From NCBI GenBank assembly GCA_964354405.1, contig CAYGZP010000002.1, forward strand, positions 71,671-135,670: 64,000 nt of DNA, in the 5' to 3' direction. This document shows positions 56,602 through 64,000 of the stretch, piece by piece. The first letter of the stretch is position 1. Each line of letters starts with the position of its first letter. The translations under genes and the position numbers were made by a program. The notes under the pieces are model-generated. The model saw nothing but the letters and a program-made list of their open reading frames with translations. It made no database searches and had not been told where the DNA came from. The DNA comes from Candidatus Woesearchaeota archaeon. GTDB taxonomy: Archaea; Nanobdellota; Nanobdellia; Pacearchaeales; UBA284.

Positions 56602-57741
56602 ATGTCTTTTATGACAAGAAAGGTTATAAATGTTTATTTATTAATATTTTATTCAAAAATGGGCGGCGGAACTGGCGAAGGAAAAATAGATTTGAAAGGA
56701 ATAGAAAAAATTCTTGAACAAAAAAGAACTTGCCAAACTAAAGATAATGCGCTAAGTGATAACGTATCAAAGAAAATAGAAAAATTACAAGAAAGGATAA
56801 AAAAAGGCGAGACGACAGGAGACTATGTTACAGATTTATGCATTTTACAGTTTGGTGGGTTATACAGCCATTATATAAAAGAGCTCAGTCAGACCTATTC
56901 TGAATTAAAAAAACATGATGGGGAATTAGTCTTATATGAAGAAACCATTGAAAGAGCTCTAAAAGAAGATAGAGGACACTATACCCCCAAACCAGATGAG
57001 ATAGTTACTCTTGAGACTGGACTCATTACTCCACCTTATTTACAAAGAAGAAAAGAAGATATAGTAAATTTTATAGGAATTACAGTTAAAGATAAACTTT
57101 ACGGTAAAGTGGATGAAGTTTTTATAGAATATCTTCGTTGGGAACGATTGCCAGGAGATATAATAAGAATTGCGCCAACAAAAATACCAGAAAAATCTCT
57201 TGAGAATATCTTAGGCATTTCTAAAATTGATTTTCATAGTGATGGGGATTATAAGCTATCTTTATTATCAACCAACCAATTAATAGGAGACAAAAAAGTA
57301 GAAAAATACCTTAGGTCTTTAGGTGTCAAAGAAATGCCCATTCATGACAGAATATTGAAGAGAGATAATAAGATAGCACTTAATGAACAGACAAATCTCA
57401 TAACTAGATTGGTAGAAAAAACTGAAACAGGACAAAAATTAAAAGAAAAAATTAAAGAACTTGAACCAGAATATAAAAAAATAACATATCGTAGAGGGAG
57501 AGATCAAGACGGGTCGTCTTATGAAGTAAGTAGTAATCCGGAATTAAAGATGAGATATAGTGATCTAATAAGATCTTATGACAAAATAAAAACAGAAATT
57601 AATGAAATTTTATCAAATATAAGGACAAACATTCTTCCTCCAAAAGTGGATTTATCAAAAGTTGAAGGGATGAAAAAAGAAATTAATGTTGGGGATTTTT
57701 TAGAATTCGTTTCTTCTGAATATAAGACAAAAAAGAAATAA
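56602..57741 (+). CDS. hypothetical protein (379 aa)
   Basis: Long intact Lys/Glu-rich ORF with no recognisable motif; the real start may be the internal MGGGTGEGK near 56659. Confidence 0.4.
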   Translation: MSFMTRKVINVYLLIFYSKMGGGTGEGKIDLKGIEKILEQKRTCQTKDNALSDNVSKKIEKLQERIKKGETTGDYVTDLCILQFGGLYSHYIKELSQTYSELKKHDGELVLYEETIERALKEDRGHYTPKPDEIVTLETGLITPPYLQRRKEDIVNFIGITVKDKLYGKVDEVFIEYLRWERLPGDIIRIAPTKIPEKSLENILGISKIDFHSDGDYKLSLLSTNQLIGDKKVEKYLRSLGVKEMPIHDRILKRDNKIALNEQTNLITRLVEKTETGQKLKEKIKELEPEYKKITYRRGRDQDGSSYEVSSNPELKMRYSDLIRSYDKIKTEINEILSNIRTNILPPKVDLSKVEGMKKEINVGDFLEFVSSEYKTKKK

Positions 57742-57743
57742 TT

Positions 57744-59435
57744 TTACATCGCCTCGATAACTGGAATTCCAATCAAATTCAAGCAATTAGCCAAGACTTG
57801 TCTTGTAGCACTGACTAAAGCCACTCTGCGTTCTTTGATGCCTTGCTCTGCATTGAGCACATTGCAATTTTCATAGAAATCATTGAAAGCCTGTGAGAGT
57901 TCATGACAATAGTTGCATAACAAGTTAGGCTTGAGCTGTTCTAAGGTAGCGCGGACAATCTCTGGAAAGAATCCAAGTTCTTTTGCAAGTGAGTATTCTT
58001 TATCGTCGATATTTTCATAGTTTTCCTTGCCAAGAGCGCCTTTGCCTAATTTTTTCAGGATGTTTGAAGCTCTCGCATAACTATATTGCAAATAAGGAGC
58101 AGAATTTCCTTCAAAACTCAAGGCTTCTTGCCAGTCAAACAAAATTTCCTTGTTAAGCTCGAACTTAGCGATTCCATAACGAACCGCGCCGACACCTATT
58201 GCCTCAGAAACCTTATCCAAGACAACTTGTTTATCGCGCTTTCTTTTTTTAATTTCTTGCTTTGCCTTGCTTATCGCTTCCTTGATAAAATTGCTTACAA
58301 GAATAACCTCTCCTTTCCTCGTTGACATCTTTTTCGCGCTGGCGCTGTCTTTCTCTTTAAGCAAAGTGAATGAATAATGCACAACTCTAGGAGCATTGTA
58401 TCCAAGCAACTCTAAAGCTGCGCTAAGCTGTTTGAAATAAAGTTTTTGGTCCTCTCCCAAAACTATAATATTATTCTGGGCAGTATCAATTTTGGCCATG
58501 GTGTAGGCGATATCTCTCAGAGGATAAAGTCCAGTTCCATTGCTTCTTGTCAGCACAAGAACAGGAGATTTCATCTCCCTTTCAAAATTCCATTCCATGT
58601 TGCTTTGATCAAGAATAAATCGCCCCTCAACATCTTTTTTTAGTCTTTTGCTTTTCTCCAGTTTTTTCAGGATTTTTTGTAATTCCCCTTTCTGCAGATA
58701 AACTGACTCGTAATCAAAATAATCATAAGTAATCCCGAGCTTAGCAAGAATCTTTTTCTGACCTTCCACTGCAGTATTGACAAGCTTGTTTAAATTTTTC
58801 ACAGTTTCCTTGTCCTCATTCTCAATTTTCTCCAGAATATCAAAAACCTGTTTCTCAATCTCAGAATCCTGTTCCATTGCCTTGGACATTCTCACATATA
58901 AATCAAGCAAATCATCAAATGTCTCATCTCCTTTTGTTCCAAGCAATAACAAAGCCATTTGTTTTGAAACATCGTTCACATAATAATGCACTTCAGTCTG
59001 ATAACCATTGAATTTCAAAACTCTGGCAAGAATATCGCCAATGATAGCATTTCTAACTCTGCCGACATGTGGTGATGAGTTTGGATTTAAGCTTGTATGT
59101 TCAATGAGCGCATTGCCTTTCAAATTCAGCGAGCCATATTTTTCTTTCTCGCTCAGAACTTTTTTAACACTCTCCTCAAAGAAAGCGCTTTTATCGACGA
59201 AGAAATTGACATAACCTCCAACAGCCTCAACTTTTTCAATATCTTTTGTCACGAGTTTCTTTAGCTTAACCACAAGCTCCTTTGCAATCACTAAAGGGTT
59301 TTTCTTCTCTTTCTTTGCAAGTTCGAAGCAAGGGAAAGCATAATCGCCGAATCCCTGCTTAGGAATTTCAAGCGAGATATGTTTCAAACCAGTTGCTTTT
59401 CCAACAATCCCTTTTATCTTCGCCTCAATTTTCAT
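57744..59435 (-). CDS. argS: arginyl-tRNA synthetase
   Basis: 563 aa; PNSSPHVGRVRNAIIGD (HIGH region) and a C-terminal DALR anticodon-binding domain ending ...EAM. Confidence 0.9.
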   Translation of the reverse strand: MKIEAKIKGIVGKATGLKHISLEIPKQGFGDYAFPCFELAKKEKKNPLVIAKELVVKLKKLVTKDIEKVEAVGGYVNFFVDKSAFFEESVKKVLSEKEKYGSLNLKGNALIEHTSLNPNSSPHVGRVRNAIIGDILARVLKFNGYQTEVHYYVNDVSKQMALLLLGTKGDETFDDLLDLYVRMSKAMEQDSEIEKQVFDILEKIENEDKETVKNLNKLVNTAVEGQKKILAKLGITYDYFDYESVYLQKGELQKILKKLEKSKRLKKDVEGRFILDQSNMEWNFEREMKSPVLVLTRSNGTGLYPLRDIAYTMAKIDTAQNNIIVLGEDQKLYFKQLSAALELLGYNAPRVVHYSFTLLKEKDSASAKKMSTRKGEVILVSNFIKEAISKAKQEIKKRKRDKQVVLDKVSEAIGVGAVRYGIAKFELNKEILFDWQEALSFEGNSAPYLQYSYARASNILKKLGKGALGKENYENIDDKEYSLAKELGFFPEIVRATLEQLKPNLLCNYCHELSQAFNDFYENCNVLNAEQGIKERRVALVSATRQVLANCLNLIGIPVIEAM

Positions 59436-59510
59436 TTTTATTACAGTTATAAAAAAAGCAAAAAGCTTTATAAACCTTATTGGCTTTTTAACACTGAAAA
59501 AGGTGAGAGT

Positions 59511-60221
59511 ATGAGAATAGAATTAGATGAGAGGCCGCAAAAACCAATAATCATCGAAGGTTTTCCAGGATTCGGTTTTGTTTCTACTATAGCAACTGAG
59601 TTTCTGATAAGACATCTAGGAGCTAAACCTATAGGCAGAATTGTAAGTGATAAAATCTCGCCTGTAGCCGCGATTCACAAATCCGCGCTCATCTATCCTT
59701 TAGAGATATTTTACGATAAAAAAACAAACATCTTGTTAGTTCAGGCTGTAACTCCAGTTGATGGCCTCGAGTGGGACATCGCCGATACTTTAGTAAGATT
59801 AGCCAAGGAACTCAAAGCAAAGGAGTTTATCGGACTCGAAGGAGTTTCATCAACAGCCCAGATAAAAGATCCTCAAGTTTTCTTTTATTCTGCCCAGCAA
59901 GGAAAAAACAAAGCAATGCAGGATATGAAAATCAAGCCCTTAGATGAAGGTATTATCATCGGAGTCACAGGAGCATTATTAATGAAAATGAAAGAGACTC
60001 CAATCTCATGTTTCTTTGTCGAGACACATTCAGACTTGCCTGATAACAAGGGGGCGGCAAAGTTAATCGAGACATTAGACAAATATCTTGGATTATCAAT
60101 CGACCCCAAGCCACTTTTAGTCAAGGCCAAGGAGTTCGAAGAAAAGCTCAAAGACTTGTTCACAAAACTCGCAGAAGTCAAGACAGAAAAAGAAAAGAAA
60201 CAATTAAGTTATATGGGTTAA
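59511..60221 (+). CDS. PAC2-family proteasome assembly chaperone-like protein
   Basis: The internal start MRIELDERPQKPIIIEGFPGFGFVSTIATEFLI, with SD AAAGGTGAG, matches the PAC2/DUF75 N-terminus; the track ORF from 59379 overlaps argS and is probably over-extended. Confidence 0.6.
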   Translation: MRIELDERPQKPIIIEGFPGFGFVSTIATEFLIRHLGAKPIGRIVSDKISPVAAIHKSALIYPLEIFYDKKTNILLVQAVTPVDGLEWDIADTLVRLAKELKAKEFIGLEGVSSTAQIKDPQVFFYSAQQGKNKAMQDMKIKPLDEGIIIGVTGALLMKMKETPISCFFVETHSDLPDNKGAAKLIETLDKYLGLSIDPKPLLVKAKEFEEKLKDLFTKLAEVKTEKEKKQLSYMG

Positions 60222-60255
60222 TCAATCACGATTTAATCAATCGCAATTATTATTC

Positions 60256-60627
60256 TCACTTATCTTTCTCAAAGAATTTGAATGTCGACGCAATATCAAT
60301 GATATACTTGCCTTCCTCAAGCTTGTAGATGACTGGTTTTTTCTTGAACAGCGATACAATATCAATCTCAAACTTGCCTGGTTTGGTTATTTTAATTGAT
60401 TCCAAGTCAAGAATCACTGGTTTATCAATCTCCGACCCTATAACCTCTTTGATATCCTCCATAATCTCCTCTCTCTCAACCTTTGTCAATTTCTCAGTCT
60501 CTTCTTTCATCAATATATCTTCATTCCTGAAAAAGAAAAAATAATGGCTCCCGCATTCACAGCCTTTCAAAATCTCAGGAGCTGTTGACTCATAAATATT
60601 GCCGCATTTAACACATCTGTGACTCAT
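60256..60627 (-). CDS. zinc-ribbon domain protein (123 aa)
   Basis: CVKCGN...x14...CECGS ribbon at the N-terminus followed by a Lys/Glu-rich domain. Confidence 0.4.
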   Translation of the reverse strand: MSHRCVKCGNIYESTAPEILKGCECGSHYFFFFRNEDILMKEETEKLTKVEREEIMEDIKEVIGSEIDKPVILDLESIKITKPGKFEIDIVSLFKKKPVIYKLEEGKYIIDIASTFKFFEKDK

Positions 60628-60674
60628 GATTAATTTAAAACTCGATAGTTTTTATTCTTTTCTATGATTCAGGA

Positions 60675-61058
60675 CTATTTTCTAAGAAGCAGTTGTAATT
60701 TTGTCGGGTCTTTTTTGATTTCCCGCACAACTGTTGCTGGCCCGATTATTGTGAAAACATCACGATTAGCACCAAGTAAAGCTTTGGCGAGATTTTCCTT
60801 GATTGACTGTCCGAAAGGCAAGTTTTTTGTTTTTGGTGCGAAACTTGCAAGCTCGATGCCCTTGAATCTCGAGCTCCCCCGAATCTTTTTCATTGTCTCT
60901 TGAATTAAATCAGCTTCCTCTTCCGAAGCGAGTTTACCCTGAACAAGAAGAATCTTGTCTTCTGTAACCAAATCTATAAGTCTTTTAACTCTCTGAAATG
61001 AAGTTAGATAAGCAATTTCACCATAAGGCACAAATTGTAATGTTACATTTTTTGCCAT
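60675..61058 (-). CDS. hypothetical protein (127 aa), weak SepF-like alpha/beta pattern
   Basis: KILLVQGKLASEEEADLIQETMKKIRG resembles the SepF core (vVvnL..l..e.a.RiiDFl.G); weak, inference only. Confidence 0.25.
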   Translation of the reverse strand: MAKNVTLQFVPYGEIAYLTSFQRVKRLIDLVTEDKILLVQGKLASEEEADLIQETMKKIRGSSRFKGIELASFAPKTKNLPFGQSIKENLAKALLGANRDVFTIIGPATVVREIKKDPTKLQLLLRK

Positions 61059-61244
61059 TTTTCTATACTCCAGCGCGAGTTTCTAATCCTCCTTTTTTAT
61101 TCTCTTCCATTATCTTTCGCAATCGTACAGAATCTTTTATAAGTAGTTTGGTGCCTTCTCTAAGTGCATCTATTTGTTTTTTTTTGATAGGATATTCTCT
61201 ATAATAACATACCCCATATTTTCTTTTGATTAATCTATACATTT

Positions 61245-61892
61245 TTACTTGCCCCTTCTCTTTTTTATCAGATCAAATAATTGCGAGTAAAATTCCGCAA
61301 TATTCCCTCCGCTCTTGGCGCTCATCCCGACAACCTTATATTCTGGAAAAGCAGCTTCAATTTTCTTGATGTTAGCACCCCTCAAATCTGTCTTGTTCGC
61401 CGCGATTAACACAGGAATCTTTCGTGCCACAAGATTTCCAATGATAGTTATGTTAACTTGCGTGTAAGGATTCTTGCTCGAGTCTAACACAACTATAACA
61501 GCATCCATGTCATCAAGCCATTTAATAGCCTCTATCACACCCTGTGTTGCTTCCTTGGCCCTCTTCTTGGCTTCCTTGACACTCATTCCATAAGGCAAGA
61601 AATCTTCATAATCAATCTTTGTCGCGATTCCAGGAGTGTCAATGATTTTGAATGTAGCTTTTTTGTTGTTGAACTTGATATCCACCTTCTCTTTTGATTG
61701 GATCTCGCGAGTCTCATGAGGAACTTTGCTCACTTTGCCTAATTCATCGCCTGTCCAATCCTTGCAGATATGATTAGCCAATGTAGTCTTGCCTCCGTTC
61801 GGCGGCCCGTAAAAGCCAAGCTTGACATTTCGCTTCACAGCGAACAAATCGCCGAAAAAATTCATGAAAAAATCTGTAATGAAATTTGCCAT
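61245..61892 (-). CDS. small TRAFAC-class GTPase (MMR_HSR1-like)
   Basis: 215 aa; G1 GPPNGGKTT, G2 Thr in PHETRE, G3 DTPGI, G4 NKTD, G5 SAK. Confidence 0.65.
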   Translation of the reverse strand: MANFITDFFMNFFGDLFAVKRNVKLGFYGPPNGGKTTLANHICKDWTGDELGKVSKVPHETREIQSKEKVDIKFNNKKATFKIIDTPGIATKIDYEDFLPYGMSVKEAKKRAKEATQGVIEAIKWLDDMDAVIVVLDSSKNPYTQVNITIIGNLVARKIPVLIAANKTDLRGANIKKIEAAFPEYKVVGMSAKSGGNIAEFYSQLFDLIKKRRGK

Positions 61893-62029
61893 CTTTTTCT
61901 TTTCTCCCTTTTGCTCTTTATCGCTTGGGTATTTAATTAAATCAACGCGCTACTATTTAAACATTACGCTACTAAAATAGATAAATTATAGAATTTACCG
62001 ACGATAAATTTAAATAAGCACTAAGAAAT

Positions 62030-62284
62030 TTATTTCTCATAAACTTTACTACGATGCTCAAATCTCAAGAAATAGATTGTATTGCTATCGAATGCATAGA
62101 TTAATCTGAAATGTCCTATTCTAACACTTCTTTCCCCTTTTAGATTATATCTTAGAGGTTTGCCAGTTTCGGGTTTTCCTAGTATCTTAGCAATCTGTTT
62201 TTTTATTCTTTCTTTTGTCAAAGAATCTTTTATTTTTTCAGTCTGTTTTATAAAGTCGGGCGACCTCCAAACATTTCTTACCAT
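62030..62284 (-). CDS. RelE/ParE-family toxin
   Basis: 84 aa; KPLRYNLKGERSVRIGHFRLIYAFDSNTIYFLRFEHRSKVY matches the RelE/ParE core; it overlaps the upstream antitoxin by 7 nt. Confidence 0.65.
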   Translation of the reverse strand: MVRNVWRSPDFIKQTEKIKDSLTKERIKKQIAKILGKPETGKPLRYNLKGERSVRIGHFRLIYAFDSNTIYFLRFEHRSKVYEK

Positions 62285-62529
62285 TTTTCTAAATCTTTTA
62301 GAAATTCGGCAGTATTTTGTTTTTTACCTTTTCCTGCTGCAAGATCGTCCCATGCTTTCTTAATACTCTTTAGAGTCTCAAGCTCTTCTCTTGTTATATT
62401 GGGAATACTTTTCAAAATAACCATACCATCAACTTCTGTCACTAAAAAAGGTGTGCCTGGCTTAAAGTCTTTTCTGATTTTTTCAGGTATGACAACTTGT
62501 CCTTTTGAACTCAACTTTGTTATTTCCAT
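62278..62529 (-). CDS. AbrB/MazE (SpoVT-AbrB swapped-hairpin) family antitoxin
   Basis: 83 aa; N-terminal LSSKGQVVIPEKIRKDF swapped-hairpin motif. Confidence 0.65.
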   Translation of the reverse strand: MEITKLSSKGQVVIPEKIRKDFKPGTPFLVTEVDGMVILKSIPNITREELETLKSIKKAWDDLAAGKGKKQNTAEFLKDLEKW

Positions 62530-62602
62530 ATAAAAGTAAGAATTTCTTACTTTATAAATATTCCGCTTAGCTCCCTTACAAAGTAAAATTTATCTTAACT
62601 CA

Positions 62603-63901
62603 TCACTCAACATCCGAAGGCCAGATGATTGTGCAAGGCTCACTGACTCCATTCATGCACTCATCATAGCATTTCACAAACCAAGGGGCGCCGTCCCATA
62701 TCGTTCTATGTTCACTATCGCCAGTTGGTTCAAATTTCTTAGCATTTAAAGTATTGTTTGCCATAAAGTTACAGTTATCTATCTTATTGCCAAAAGCATA
62801 ATGATATGTACATGTAGCTCTCTCGTCAGTTCTCAAGACTAAACTTCCTGAATCTTTGTATAATCGTGTGACTAAAGGCACGACATTATCAACCTTAACT
62901 TCAAAAGTAGTTGAATTCTGAACAATGTTCGCGACATCCTTGCAGGAGATTTCTATAGTATTCATACCCATGCTAACTCCTGCTTTAGTTTCATGACTCG
63001 TGTCTCCTGTCTCGCTGAATACAGTCCATATCGTTTCAGTAGGTTTTTTCCAATAGCATGTCGCAACGCCATTATTAGTTCCTTCAGCTGTTGTAACTTT
63101 CAAATCCACTCGAGGAGTGAACCCGCAGCCACTTACAACAGCGCCATCAGCAGGTTCAATGCTTGTAACAAGTAAAGGAGGCGCAGGGAAAAGTTCAAGC
63201 ACATAACTTTGAGGCATTGTATTGTTCTGAGGACTCATATCTTTGCATCTCAAATAGAAGAAATTAGTAACCTCAGGCTGCAATCCGGTTAATGTAGTTC
63301 TCCCAAAGAAATTTATTCCAGTAATCTCAGAAACATTAAATTCGTTGCTCATCTGTTCATAAATTACATCTTGTTTAGCCCATCTGCAAGTCGCGGGCTC
63401 ATTAGTGTAAACATATAATGTTAATTGCTCAACTCTTCCAATGCTTGAGCCAGTTGCCGGAGATGTCGCAACTATTTCAGGCGCGGTAGTATCCGGCTCT
63501 GTACAAACTTCAAATAAAACAGTGTCTGTATTCGCTCTATTATCATTTCTATCTCGGCATTTATAATAAATTGTATGCGAGCCGTTTTGTGTCGGAGTGA
63601 ACTTAGTTTCAAACATGTGCTCTTGCCAATATCCATTATCACCAAAATAAGCCATAGGATTATCAAAGTCAAGTGATTGATTATCTAAATCAAGGATACA
63701 TTGGGCCCTTTCATCTGTTGTTAAGTTAAAGCTTATTGGCATCCATGCTTTGACACAAGGTGAAGCGCTCTTACAACCATATTCATTGTTTTCAATCTTT
63801 TTCTTGCACGAGATATATCTTGGGGCGGTTGTGTCATTTTGATTCTCCCATACACATCTTCCAGTGTTGCTATTAAACACGCATGCTTGTCCTAAGCTCA
63901 A
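62603..63901 (-). CDS. secreted Cys-rich hypothetical protein, possibly N-terminally truncated by window edge
   Basis: 432 aa with many Cys and N-glycosylation-like NxT/S sites; the reading frame may continue upstream beyond 63901 to the window end. Confidence 0.35.
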   Translation of the reverse strand: MSLGQACVFNSNTGRCVWENQNDTTAPRYISCKKKIENNEYGCKSASPCVKAWMPISFNLTTDERAQCILDLDNQSLDFDNPMAYFGDNGYWQEHMFETKFTPTQNGSHTIYYKCRDRNDNRANTDTVLFEVCTEPDTTAPEIVATSPATGSSIGRVEQLTLYVYTNEPATCRWAKQDVIYEQMSNEFNVSEITGINFFGRTTLTGLQPEVTNFFYLRCKDMSPQNNTMPQSYVLELFPAPPLLVTSIEPADGAVVSGCGFTPRVDLKVTTAEGTNNGVATCYWKKPTETIWTVFSETGDTSHETKAGVSMGMNTIEISCKDVANIVQNSTTFEVKVDNVVPLVTRLYKDSGSLVLRTDERATCTYHYAFGNKIDNCNFMANNTLNAKKFEPTGDSEHRTIWDGAPWFVKCYDECMNGVSEPCTIIWPSDVE

Positions 63902-64000
63902 GCATCTATCGTCATTGCAAGGCTTCAGAGGATCCTCATTGCAAACATGACAGTCCTTACCTCCTGGAGGTGCTTGCCACTCTAGGCAGTTGAAATCATA

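Noticed and set aside
59379-59510. Upstream part of the track ORF for the PAC2-like gene, overlapping the argS 5' end
   Set aside because: The family N-terminus (MRIELDERPQKPIIIEGFPGFGF) and an SD mark the start at 59511. The upstream residues (MFQTSCFSNNPFY...) are unlikely to be coding.

Overview
This window reads as a low-GC archaeal chromosomal segment (inference: probably a small-genome, DPANN-like archaeon). Informational genes are archaeal-type: uL16/L10e, eL15, uS7, uS12, aEF-2, L7Ae-S28e-L24e, a likely RpoL plus an unannotated eL41, Kae1, IleRS, ArgRS, a MiaB-like methylthiotransferase, deoxyhypusine synthase and a PAC2 chaperone. Shine-Dalgarno motifs are strong (GGAGGT 5-8 nt before many ATGs). 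Coding density is high, many genes overlap by 4 nt (ATGA), and most large ORFs are coherent. Five modules stand out. (1) A minus-strand fermentation operon: DUF134 regulator, indolepyruvate:ferredoxin oxidoreductase IorA-IorB, phosphotransacetylase, a compact CooS-family (Ni-CODH-like) protein, and acetate kinase. (2) Zn-ribbon -> full-length DisA diadenylate cyclase -> DHH/DHHA1 phosphoesterase, a putative c-di-AMP synthesis/turnover pair. (3) A Tad/archaeal-pilus-like ATPase with two T2SS-F platform proteins, followed by a glycosylation cluster (processive GT2, GT-C ArnT/PMT-like, and a Dpm1-GtrA fusion). (4) Two RelE-family toxin-antitoxin pairs, one bracketed by 27-bp near-perfect direct repeats (cassette-like). 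(5) Secreted accessory proteins: a transglutaminase-like protein, a zincin protease with disintegrin/Myxococcus-type Cys-rich repeats, a beta-rich Gly/Asn-rich protein, and S-layer-like proteins. Several short but credible ORFs are missing from the >=60 aa track (eL41, a 41-aa basic protein, a 51-aa poly-acidic protein). I saw no rRNA, convincing tRNA or CRISPR array by eye. All functional calls rest on motifs I read in the translations and were not checked against any database.
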